Made by a program: the position numbers and the translations under genes
Source: Candidatus Liptonbacteria bacterium
GTDB taxonomy: Bacteria > Patescibacteriota > Minisyncoccia > UBA6257 > 2-01-FULL-56-20
Assembly: GCA_023244895.1 (NCBI GenBank)
Contig: JAHFLL010000001.1
Location: 83,630-147,629 of the forward strand
Direction of reading: 5' to 3'
Length of the DNA: 64,000 nt
Part shown: positions 9,602-17,024 of the stretch, piece by piece
How the letters are laid out: each line of letters opens with the position of its first letter
Position numbering within the stretch: position 1 is the first letter of the stretch
Notes under the pieces: model-generated
Databases searched by the model: none
The model's input: only the letters and a program-made list of their open reading frames with translations
What the model was told of the DNA's origin: nothing

Positions 9602-11062
9602 CTAGAGCAGTTTCGCCGCCAGCTCCGCGATCTTGGAGCGAACGACATCGTGCATCGCTAGGTGAGCGAAACAGGGCTGGCCCTTGAATCGTTCCACGAC
9701 CTGCACTAGCCCGTTTGAGAGCGAGTTGATCTCGCTACGGTCAATCTGGTCGGGGTCGCCCGTGAGGATCACGCGCGAGCCCTCGCCCGCCCGCGTGAGC
9801 ACGAGCTTCATGTCCTCTTGAGTGAGGTTCTGCCCGTCGTCCACAATGATGACGGCTTCGTGGATGGAGCGACCGCGCAGATAGTTAATCGGCGCGATAT
9901 CAAGGGCGTGCGTTTGGAGCAGACTCTCGACAGTCGGATGTGTCGATACCGCTTCTCCTCTGGTCGGTTGATGTTCGCCGACCGAGTTGGTGAAGCGTGT
10001 CGGACCATGCAGTCGGCGCATGATGAAGTCGAGGTTGTCGATGATGGGCCTGGCCCAAGGGGCCATCTTGTCTCCCAGATCTCCCGGGAGAAAGCCCAGT
10101 TCACGGCCCGCCTCGGCGTTGAGGCGGTAGACTTCGATACGCGAAACCTTGTGGCTCCGGAGCATCTTGTAGGCCGACAGGAGCGCAATGAGCGTCTTCC
10201 CCGTGCCGGCGATGCCGCTCAGGCTGGTGATTAGGGTATGATCGTCCATGATCAGGTCGTGCGCACAGAACTGTTCTGCGTTACACGGTCCGAAGCGTTC
10301 TTCCAGCTTGGTGTTGACGCGACGCAAGTAGCCTGGGGTTTCGTGACTCTTGTAGATTCCCCACGCACTCTTGCCCGTGCCGGCGACACAGATCTCACAG
10401 CACTGGTTGGCCATGATCTTACTCACATCTGTGTAGTCGGCCAGGGCACTCACCGGGAGCCGTTGCTCGTGGTGCAGAGTGTTCAGCAACGCTGCCTCGC
10501 CCTCTGGCACCTCAATGCGCAGGCGTCCCGAATAGAATTTCTCGGGAGCCTCCACGGCCCGGTCGCTCCGATAGTCTTCGGCCACGACGCCACGCGCGCG
10601 AGCCTTCATCCGCATCGCGGCATCGCGGGTGACGAGGATGACCCGTTCGTCCGGATGCGCGACCTGGTAGTTGTCAGCCAACATGATAATCGCATCATCG
10701 GCGTAGTCTCGGTTGAATCCGGGCCACGCGCGAGACAGGTCCAGCCTGCCCGCGTCGAATCGCAGCAGTCCTCCGTTCAGAGGGATTCCGTGCTGTAGTT
10801 CGTCGAGAGAGGCCCGCGTCTGAATGTCGTCCAAGAACCTGACCACGTTGCGGGCAGTGTACCCGACACCGTTTGCGGCAGCACGCCGCCGATCAAGTTC
10901 TTGGAGTACGGGGAACGGTATGACAACGACGTTCCCGTTGACCAGGGATTGCACGATTTCGGGCACGGCCACCAGCACGCTGGTGTCCGTAACGTAGGTC
11001 TTCTTCCCTACGTTTCCCGCTTCGCCGCTTAGCATGGATTGCTCCTTCGGGTTTGCCAACAC
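9602..11062 (-). CDS. PIN domain / PhoH-like ATPase fusion (YlaK-like)
   Basis: N-terminal PIN-like region (YVTDTSVLV...VVIPFPVLQELD) and C-terminal PhoH P-loop (LSGIAGTGKTLIAL); strong SD GAAGGAGCAATCC-ATG; GC3-rich codons unlike the backbone. Confidence 0.8.
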   Translation of the reverse strand: MLANPKEQSMLSGEAGNVGKKTYVTDTSVLVAVPEIVQSLVNGNVVVIPFPVLQELDRRRAAANGVGYTARNVVRFLDDIQTRASLDELQHGIPLNGGLLRFDAGRLDLSRAWPGFNRDYADDAIIMLADNYQVAHPDERVILVTRDAAMRMKARARGVVAEDYRSDRAVEAPEKFYSGRLRIEVPEGEAALLNTLHHEQRLPVSALADYTDVSKIMANQCCEICVAGTGKSAWGIYKSHETPGYLRRVNTKLEERFGPCNAEQFCAHDLIMDDHTLITSLSGIAGTGKTLIALLSAYKMLRSHKVSRIEVYRLNAEAGRELGFLPGDLGDKMAPWARPIIDNLDFIMRRLHGPTRFTNSVGEHQPTRGEAVSTHPTVESLLQTHALDIAPINYLRGRSIHEAVIIVDDGQNLTQEDMKLVLTRAGEGSRVILTGDPDQIDRSEINSLSNGLVQVVERFKGQPCFAHLAMHDVVRSKIAELAAKLL

Positions 11063-11142
11063 TTAAGTTGGGAGGTCCGAGTGCTCGCCTAATACTCCTT
11101 TCCGAGGCTGTCATTTGGTTGGAATGTAAAGGCCTCTGCCCC

Positions 11143-11178
11143 GAATTATACCCTTATGTAAGTTCAGAAAACAGCTGC
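11143..11178 (-). promoter_or_regulatory. candidate sigma70 promoter for the PIN-PhoH gene (perfect TATAAT -10)
   Basis: minus-strand ...TTTTCTGAACTTACATAAGGGTATAATTCGGGG about 80 nt upstream of the SD. Confidence 0.4.
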
Positions 11179-11211
11179 CTGTGGATAAGATTTATTGAGG
11201 TTTTATGCGGT

Positions 11212-12189
11212 CTAAAACAATTTTTTCACCTCTTGTAAAGCCCTATTTTTATCCTCTATCCAAACAATATTTTTATCTTTTTTCCACCAAGTCATTTGGC
11301 GTTTGGCGTAGCGCCAAATTTCGGTTTCCAATTTTTGCAACATTTCTTCTTTGGTTATCAGTCCGCGCAGATAGCGAGAGAGGTAGCGATATTCCAAGCC
11401 AAGCTCTTCCATTCTCCGCCAGCTTAATCCATCTTGGTGTAATTTTTTTACCTCTACCAACATGCCTTGGCGCATCCTTTTAATAAGTCGCGCGCGAATT
11501 CTCTCGCGTAGCTTCTCGGGTTTAATCCCAATGCCGAGTTTTAAAATTTTGTTTTGCGAAATTTTATCCTGAGCTTGTCGAAGGATTATGTCTGGGACGG
11601 GCGCGCCGGTTTTGAGGACTATCTCTAAGGCGCGGATGAGGCGACGCGGATTTTTTTGGTCAATATTTTTGGCGCGCGCCGGGTCCAGCTTCTGAAGTTT
11701 TTCGAAAAGTTCCGTGACAGATAATTTTTCCAACTTGGCGCGTAGTTTGGGATCGGGCGGAACGTTTGGCAGGGAGGTGTTATTTATAAGTGCATCAATA
11801 TAGAGTCCGGTACCTCCGCAGATAATCGGCAATTTATTTTTCGCCCAGATTGTTTTGAGCGCTTTGCGTCCGAGCTTCTGGTAGTCGGCTACAGAAAATT
11901 GTTTTTTAGGAGAGGCTACATCAAGCAGATAGTGGGGAATGCCTTTATAGGAGTAGGTAGTAGGTAGAGAGTAGTAGGCAGAGCGATCACGGGGAACTTT
12001 GCCGGTGCCGATATCAAGACCTCGATAAACCTGACGGGAGTCGGCAGAAATAATCTCTGCACCAGATATGCCGTACTTTTTTTGGAATGGTTTACTCTGA
12101 GCGAGCTTGGCGAGTCGAAGGGCCAAATCCGACTTGCCGGAGGCGGTCGGGCCTAAAATAACCAGTATTTTCCTGCTTAAATCACTCAT
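11212..12189 (-). CDS. miaA: tRNA dimethylallyltransferase (true start MSDLSRK at 12189; the longer track ORF is readthrough)
   Basis: P-loop ILGPTASGKS and IISADSRQVYRGLDIGTGK; low-GC backbone codon usage. Confidence 0.85.
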   Translation of the reverse strand: MSDLSRKILVILGPTASGKSDLALRLAKLAQSKPFQKKYGISGAEIISADSRQVYRGLDIGTGKVPRDRSAYYSLPTTYSYKGIPHYLLDVASPKKQFSVADYQKLGRKALKTIWAKNKLPIICGGTGLYIDALINNTSLPNVPPDPKLRAKLEKLSVTELFEKLQKLDPARAKNIDQKNPRRLIRALEIVLKTGAPVPDIILRQAQDKISQNKILKLGIGIKPEKLRERIRARLIKRMRQGMLVEVKKLHQDGLSWRRMEELGLEYRYLSRYLRGLITKEEMLQKLETEIWRYAKRQMTWWKKDKNIVWIEDKNRALQEVKKLF

Positions 12190-12218
12190 TTGACTAATTA
12201 TACAAAATGTGATAAAAT
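12190..12218 (+). promoter_or_regulatory. near-consensus sigma70 promoter TTGACT-17-TGaTAAAAT (extended -10)
   Basis: seen directly; the -35 abuts the miaA start codon on the opposite strand. Confidence 0.5.
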
Positions 12219-12288
12219 ACGCAATAGCGTCGGTGAGCTGGGGCATAGGGCTCCGGCAATAGTCCGAGGCGGTATATCGGAGTGCGTC

Positions 12289-12684
12289 ATGACTGATGCT
12301 ATCGTGTTTGTGATCACGGCGTTCATGGTCGGCGGAGAGGTCTTCATGGCGGCATGGGGGATTTTCTCCTGGACATGCGTTGTGGCGTGGCTCGCTGTGA
12401 TGCTCTATCTCACCTGGGACATCTGGGGCGCCCGGGTCGTAGAGCTCCAGCGGGATCTCGTGGCCGAGTTGGAGGAAGGCACGCCGCCCGACTTCAGCTC
12501 GCAACGAGTACTCCCGCCAAGTAGGTGGGACATCGTCCATTTCGCTGGCGTGGACGAGCAGGGGCAGGCGAAGTTCGACTACCCCCTCCTTTCCGCGTTT
12601 GCCGCCTGGCTCCGCCACCACATTGTGATTGGCGGTGGTCGCTGGCGGTACGGCGACACGTTCCCGCCGGACGGCAGCCGGTAG
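12289..12684 (+). CDS. small membrane protein (about 131 aa, 2 predicted TM segments), high GC
   Basis: GGAG 8 nt upstream of the ATG; hydrophobic N-terminus (VFVITAFMVGG...WLAVMLYLTW); GC3-rich. Confidence 0.4.
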   Translation: MTDAIVFVITAFMVGGEVFMAAWGIFSWTCVVAWLAVMLYLTWDIWGARVVELQRDLVAELEEGTPPDFSSQRVLPPSRWDIVHFAGVDEQGQAKFDYPLLSAFAAWLRHHIVIGGGRWRYGDTFPPDGSR

Positions 12685-12746
12685 CCCCACTGAGACGGGG
12701 CAATAGTGACTGGGGTCCAACGTGGACCCCTTTCGCATTTTTATAT

Positions 12747-12775
12747 TTGACTAAAGTGGAAAGCGGGCATAGTTT
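12747..12775 (+). promoter_or_regulatory. candidate promoter TTGACTAAAGTGG...(-10 weak, TAGTTT)
   Basis: shares the TTGACTAA -35 box with the promoters at 12190 and 13853, and AAAGTGG with the one at 34703. Confidence 0.3.
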
Positions 12776-12798
12776 TTAAATCAGGAAAGGAGACGGCG

Positions 12799-12906
12799 AT
12801 GTTTCAAGCAGGCAACTCCTCGGACCCATGGGTCGTATTCGCGTTTGTGGTAATGGCGATTTTGGCCTGGGTTGTTCGCCGAATTGATCGGCGGAAAGGA
12901 GGATAG
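12799..12906 (+). CDS. 35-aa single-TM peptide (MFQAGNSSDPWVVFAFVVMAILAWVVRRIDRRKGG)
   Basis: AGGAAAGGAGAC SD 5 nt upstream; codons checked by hand. Confidence 0.4.
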   Translation: MFQAGNSSDPWVVFAFVVMAILAWVVRRIDRRKGG

Positions 12907-12907
12907 A

Positions 12908-13099
12908 ATGCAGCCGCCCACAGAGTTCAGGTTGGAAAACGTTCTGGCGGCTACGGGCCTCTTCGTTGCCTGGCTGGTCGGCAATCTCATAGCCGACTGT
13001 CGGGCGAGACGGAGAAGGACGAATGTGCCGAAACGTGGAAGCGGGCACGCTCCGCACGAACACTGCGAACACGAATGCGAGGAAAAGCGTGAAAGCTAG
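12908..13099 (+). CDS. 63-aa membrane peptide with His/Cys/Glu-rich tail (HAPHEHCEHECEE)
   Basis: AGGAGG SD; start lies 1 nt after the previous stop; a TM helix followed by a possible metal-binding tail. Confidence 0.4.
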   Translation: MQPPTEFRLENVLAATGLFVAWLVGNLIADCRARRRRTNVPKRGSGHAPHEHCEHECEEKRES

Positions 13100-13102
13100 G
13101 GG

Positions 13103-13145
13103 GCGAGTCGGAGAGCCGACTCGCCCTTACACATTTAATAATTTG
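13103..13145 (+). terminator. intrinsic terminator GGCGAGTCGG agag CCGACTCGCC plus T-rich tail
   Basis: perfect 10-bp stem 4 nt after the stop. Confidence 0.6.
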
Positions 13146-13170
13146 ACAAAGATTCGGAATAGTATTTGGA
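13144..13170 (+). promoter_or_regulatory. candidate promoter with TTGACA -35 inside the motif ATTTGACAAAGA (also present at 16636)
   Basis: -10 is ambiguous (TAGTAT or TATTTG with a short spacer). Confidence 0.3.
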
Positions 13171-13246
13171 TAGGGATAGCTTACTGCTCCGACGCTTTCG
13201 TGGGCCTTGGGGCAAATCTAGTGGGCGGAAGGGAGGGATCTCCGTG

Positions 13247-13378
13247 ATGTTGGCAGTCGCACTCTCGAGCGTCCCGATGTGGGCATGGCCAGTCATCGCC
13301 ATCGTGGCCGTCGTGGCTGCCGCTGTGGTTGCGCGGTTTTTCAGCGGCAGGAACTCGTCCACGAACCACGTCGCGTGA
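13247..13378 (+). CDS. 43-aa hydrophobic peptide (MLAVALSSVPMWAWPVIAIVAVVAAAVVARFF...)
   Basis: GGGAGGG SD; GTG-ATG start; one TM segment. Confidence 0.4.
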   Translation: MLAVALSSVPMWAWPVIAIVAVVAAAVVARFFSGRNSSTNHVA

Positions 13379-13387
13379 CACAGCAAG

Positions 13388-13440
13388 GGGGGCCGGAGGA
13401 AGCGTGCGTATGCACGCTCGCCAATGGCCCCCCGATCAAT
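13388..13440 (+). terminator. nested GC hairpins (GGGGGGCC...GGCCCCCC enclosing GCGTGC gtat GCACGC)
   Basis: lies downstream of the 43-aa ORF; followed by an AT-rich stretch. Confidence 0.4.
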
Positions 13441-13527
13441 TTCAATAATCGGATTGACGGATAGTCTTTTTTATACTTTCATATAGCGAGCGCACAATCA
13501 TCGCCACCTCGCCTCAAGGAGGTCGGA

Positions 13528-13815
13528 ATGGGTTTGATCTTGGTATATGCGATCGCACTGTATGCGATCATCGCCTTCGTGCACGGAGCACAAGGTGGAA
13601 ATCGGGAAGATGTGAACGAAGAATCCGCACGTCCGCCGCTCTGGTGGATAGCGATCCACACTCTCGGAAGCTGGCTGGCTCTCCAGCCAAAGCTCTTCCC
13701 GGAGCGTTGGTGCGAATTCGTGTGTCGGTTCAAGATGTTGCGCGGGTCTCTGTGTCGGCGAATGACGGAGGTCGTCCGTCGTGGCTGGCACCTGATTGGT
13801 GCGAACATAGAATGA
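13528..13815 (+). CDS. 95-aa membrane protein with Cys-rich C-terminus (WCEFVCRF...SLCRR)
   Basis: AAGGAGG SD 6 nt upstream; two hydrophobic segments. Confidence 0.45.
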   Translation: MGLILVYAIALYAIIAFVHGAQGGNREDVNEESARPPLWWIAIHTLGSWLALQPKLFPERWCEFVCRFKMLRGSLCRRMTEVVRRGWHLIGANIE

Positions 13816-13852
13816 AGGGGCTTCCGGCACGCGTCGGCGGTCCCTTTCTGTT

Positions 13853-13881
13853 TTGACTAATCAGCCATTTTGTTTTTATAT
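13853..13881 (+). promoter_or_regulatory. sigma70-like promoter TTGACT-17-TTATAT
   Basis: TTTTGACTAA -35 context shared with 12190 and 12747. Confidence 0.45.
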
Positions 13882-13896
13882 ATAGTCAGCACGTAT

Positions 13897-13917
13897 CTTC
13901 CGGTGTGCTACGCACCG
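13897..13917 (+). promoter_or_regulatory. 5'-UTR hairpin TCCGGTG tgctacg CACCGGA
   Basis: perfect 7-bp inverted repeat between the promoter and the SD of the 178-aa ORF. Confidence 0.35.
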
Positions 13918-13939
13918 GAGTTGCCGTTTTGGAGGACAC

Positions 13940-14476
13940 ATGACCGGCGAAGTTCTAGTAGCAGTTCTGCTGGGCGTAATCATGGGGGTCGCAATTCTGG
14001 GCTCAATGGACCGTGCCACCTGGCGGCGAGTCTGGGACGAGATCTTCGCCGACGCCTGGTGCGTCCAGGCCACGAAGAACACCTACGAGTCCGTTGTGGG
14101 TGCGATTCTGTGGCTCGGGGTCATGGTGGCGGGTCTCGCTATTCAAGCGGCGGGGTCGGTGCGGGCATGGTGGCGAGAGAAAGTATTTGTGCCACCGCGC
14201 GTTGCCATCAAAACGTTCGCGGACGCGACGGGTCGCGAAGGCGAGAACACTATGGTGTTCATCTCCGAGGTGGGCATCCTGGTCTGGCGGCTGTTGCTTT
14301 GGCTCGCGATAGCAGCTGTCGCGAGCGTTTTCCGCCAGCTCCTCGCTGAGCGGGCAGAGACAAAACGGGTTTTCGCCACATTTGCCGACTCCATAGAGGC
14401 GGACGACCACTTCTGTGCGACGACCCTAACCAATCGGCAGGATGCCGCTTGCGAAGCCGTGAGGTCAGTCAAGTAG
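13940..14476 (+). CDS. 178-aa polytopic membrane protein (about 4 predicted TM segments)
   Basis: GGAGG SD; alternating hydrophobic helices; high GC. Confidence 0.5.
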   Translation: MTGEVLVAVLLGVIMGVAILGSMDRATWRRVWDEIFADAWCVQATKNTYESVVGAILWLGVMVAGLAIQAAGSVRAWWREKVFVPPRVAIKTFADATGREGENTMVFISEVGILVWRLLLWLAIAAVASVFRQLLAERAETKRVFATFADSIEADDHFCATTLTNRQDAACEAVRSVK

Positions 14477-14484
14477 ACCAGTCT

Positions 14485-14520
14485 GGGGCTCCGCGTATGT
14501 CGGAGCCCCTTACGCTTTTC
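14485..14520 (+). terminator. intrinsic terminator GGGGCTCCG cgtatgt CGGAGCCCC plus T-rich tail
   Basis: perfect 9-bp stem ending the high-GC island. Confidence 0.6.
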
Positions 14521-14627
14521 ACTCATCTTTATAGAATCAATAGGGGTATCTCACGAGATGGGACTAAACAGTAACTCCTATTATTTTTAGAACTAAAACA
14601 TAGCGTCATGGTGGGTCCCGCCCGGCC

Positions 14628-16433
14628 TCACAAAGACTTCTCCTTGTATTCTTTCTCTATTTCCTCTGCCAATTTTTCTATTTTCATTTCTCCTACCTGT
14701 CCCTTCTTGTAATGCCTGATGCTTACCGTGTTCGTACCTTCTTCTTTTTCGCCAACAACTAAAACGTAGGGTATCTTTTCCATATCCGCGGTGCGGATTC
14801 TCTTGCCCAGAGTCTCGTTCGCGTCGCGCAATTCCACCCGGATATTTTTTTCGCGCATGGCCTCCGCCACTTTTTCGGCATACGCCGCGAACTTTTCTCC
14901 GACTGGCAGAATTGCGACTTGCACCGGCGCGAGCCAGAGAGGGAATGCGCCCGCGTAGCGCTCTATCAGGAATGCCATGGTGCGCTCAAAGCAGCCGATA
15001 GAGGAGCGGTGAATCACGATAGGCTGTTGTTCTTTGCCCTGCTCGTCGGTATAAACCAATTCAAAACGTTTTGGCATTACGAAGTCATACTGCACTGTAA
15101 AGGCGGTCTCTTCCTGGCCGCTGACCTTCTTCATCTGCACGTCAATCTTAGGACCATAGAACGCCGCCTCACCTTCCGCTTCAAAGAAGGGCGCTTTCAT
15201 TTCTTTGAGCACGCTACGCAAAACACCCTCCGCTTTTTCCCAGGCCTTGTCGTCCTTGTAGTATTTCTTGGAATCCTTGCGGTCGCCGAGCGATAGACGG
15301 TAGCGATAATCAACTCCCTTCTCCAAACCAAATACTTTATTAGCGTAATCTATCAGATCTAAAACCCGTTTTATTTCATCCTTAGCCTTTTCTGCGGGAA
15401 CGACAATATGCGCGTCCGCCAAGCAGAACATTCTTACCCTCATTAAGCCGGTCAGCTCACCGCTTTTTTCGTAGCGGAATTGGCTGGCTATCTCCGCGAT
15501 GCGCATAGGTAATTCGCGGTAACTACGCGGCTTGCTCTTATAAAGCATAAAGTGGTGTGGACAGGTCATGGGACGCAGTATTAATTGGTCGTTGTCCACC
15601 TGCATGACCGGATACATTGTATTTTTATAATAGGGGTAGTGTCCGGACTTCTGATAGAGTTCCACTTTCGCGAGCGGGGGAGTGATAACGTGCTGATAAC
15701 CCCACTTGGTTTCGGTTTCGTACACGAATTTTTCCAGCTCTTTTCTGATGACGGTGCCCTTGGGGGTGAGGAGCGGCAAGCCCTTGCCGACTATGTCGGA
15801 AAAAACAAACAGATCTAAATCCGCGCCCAGTTTGCGATGGTCTCGCTTCCTGGCTTCTTCCAGTCGCGCTACGCATTCCTCCAGCTCTTTCTTGCTGTTA
15901 AATGCCAAGCCGTAGATACGGGTCAGCATTTTTTTCTTTTCGTCGCCTCGCCAGTAAGCGCCGGCAATCTTCTCCAGCTTAAAACCGTGCGGGTCTATCT
16001 CGGCCGGGGGCAGGTCGTGTCCGCCTTTGCACAAATCTATAAATCCTCCGCAAGTGAAAAAAGTTAGAGTTTTTTTCTCGCGCGCGAATTCTTCCGCGAG
16101 CTCAATCTTATATTTATTCCAACCAAACTCTTTTTTGACCTCGCGCAGGGTTACGATTTTTTTAGTCCACTTGGTCCAACGGGGAAGCAGTTCCCGCATT
16201 TTAGCCTCAATCTTGGGTAGGTCCGCATCGGAAATAGTTTTTGACATCTCAAAGTCCTGGTAGAAGCCGTTTTCTACGGCTGGTCCGATCGCGTTCATAG
16301 AGCCGGGGTAGAGCTCGCGCACGGCGGCGGCCAAAAGGTGCGCCAAGGAATGGCGCACGCCTTCCAGTTGCAGTTCGCTGGAACTCTCCCTTGCCGGCTT
16401 GCTTGCTGATTTCTTTACGGATTGTTTTTTCAT
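14628..16433 (-). CDS. thrS: threonyl-tRNA synthetase
   Basis: class II core with an anticodon-binding domain; N-terminal editing/TGS region reduced; TGA stop. Confidence 0.9.
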   Translation of the reverse strand: MKKQSVKKSASKPARESSSELQLEGVRHSLAHLLAAAVRELYPGSMNAIGPAVENGFYQDFEMSKTISDADLPKIEAKMRELLPRWTKWTKKIVTLREVKKEFGWNKYKIELAEEFAREKKTLTFFTCGGFIDLCKGGHDLPPAEIDPHGFKLEKIAGAYWRGDEKKKMLTRIYGLAFNSKKELEECVARLEEARKRDHRKLGADLDLFVFSDIVGKGLPLLTPKGTVIRKELEKFVYETETKWGYQHVITPPLAKVELYQKSGHYPYYKNTMYPVMQVDNDQLILRPMTCPHHFMLYKSKPRSYRELPMRIAEIASQFRYEKSGELTGLMRVRMFCLADAHIVVPAEKAKDEIKRVLDLIDYANKVFGLEKGVDYRYRLSLGDRKDSKKYYKDDKAWEKAEGVLRSVLKEMKAPFFEAEGEAAFYGPKIDVQMKKVSGQEETAFTVQYDFVMPKRFELVYTDEQGKEQQPIVIHRSSIGCFERTMAFLIERYAGAFPLWLAPVQVAILPVGEKFAAYAEKVAEAMREKNIRVELRDANETLGKRIRTADMEKIPYVLVVGEKEEGTNTVSIRHYKKGQVGEMKIEKLAEEIEKEYKEKSL

Positions 16434-16635
16434 ATTTGTAGTTTAGATTGTTTTATTATGCCCTATAAGCGCCCAAACAAAAAGTCCTCCGCAGGAGGCT
16501 TCTCGTGGCATCGATTCACTTCTCCACAAAAAGCCCGCCTAGGGAGGCGTAGTAGTTGCGGTAGTAGTTTTGCGAATTTCGACCGTCATAACCCCAATTT
16601 ACCGCCTCGGGGCTACCTGTCAATCTATTTCTGGG

Positions 16636-16670
16636 GATTTGACAAAGAGCACTTTAATATGTTTATTATA
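16636..16670 (+). promoter_or_regulatory. candidate promoter containing ATTTGACAAAGA (identical 12-mer to 13142-13153)
   Basis: TTGACA -35 followed by an AT-rich -10 region (TATTATAGT). Confidence 0.35.
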
Positions 16671-16689
16671 GTGTCAGGAGGACGCGAGC

Positions 16690-16911
16690 ATGCAACACAA
16701 GTCGTCATGTGAGATTCTGGGCCACCACGCCGATCCCAAGCTCGGAGAGGCTTGGAGGAGGGCGTCAAGCTTGAGCCAAGAGGCGATACTTCTCGCCCAA
16801 GCACAGGACGAAGCTGGACTGGCGGAGAACCTTGAGGCTCAGGACGCAAACCGAGCCGAGGTAAACCGCCTCGAGGCCGAGGGTTGCACCTGTGGCGCAG
16901 CCAACCGCTAG
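16690..16911 (+). CDS. 73-aa hydrophilic high-GC protein
   Basis: AGGAGG SD; followed by a GC hairpin and T-run. Confidence 0.4.
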   Translation: MQHKSSCEILGHHADPKLGEAWRRASSLSQEAILLAQAQDEAGLAENLEAQDANRAEVNRLEAEGCTCGAANR

Positions 16912-16930
16912 GGCGGGAAGCAGGAAAAGG

Positions 16931-16963
16931 GGCGCACGCGTCGTGCGCCTCGAACTTTTATAA
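16931..16963 (+). terminator. intrinsic terminator GGCGCACG cgt CGTGCGCC then TCGAACTTTTATAA
   Basis: perfect 8-bp stem followed by a T-run. Confidence 0.55.
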
Positions 16964-17024
16964 GAGGACTCCGAATCCCCAAAAACGTCTTCACGTGGCG
17001 GGGATAGTGAGTTATGATAGTTCC

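Noticed and set aside
9808-10798. Several 120-190-aa ORFs on both strands inside the PIN-PhoH gene
   Set aside because: They are typical open alternative frames in GC3-rich DNA. Only the PhoH frame has domain homology, an SD and a terminator.
12190-12738. 183-aa N-terminal extension of the 508-aa minus-strand ORF containing miaA
   Set aside because: This is high-GC readthrough with no protein features. MiaA homology begins at MSDLSRK (ATG at 12189), and a plus-strand promoter and SD-bearing ORF occupy the region instead.
12494-14526. Numerous overlapping antisense and alternative-frame ORFs in the high-GC island (e.g. 13479..13808, 14003..14410, 14143..14526)
   Set aside because: They have no SD, promoter or terminator and overlap one another. 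The plus-strand SD-bearing set is the more parsimonious reading.
16884-17024. N-terminal extension of serS in the ORF track (MHLWRSQPLG...)
   Set aside because: It lies in the high-GC cassette and has no homology to SerRS. The conserved SerRS N-terminus starts at MLDVELL (17025).
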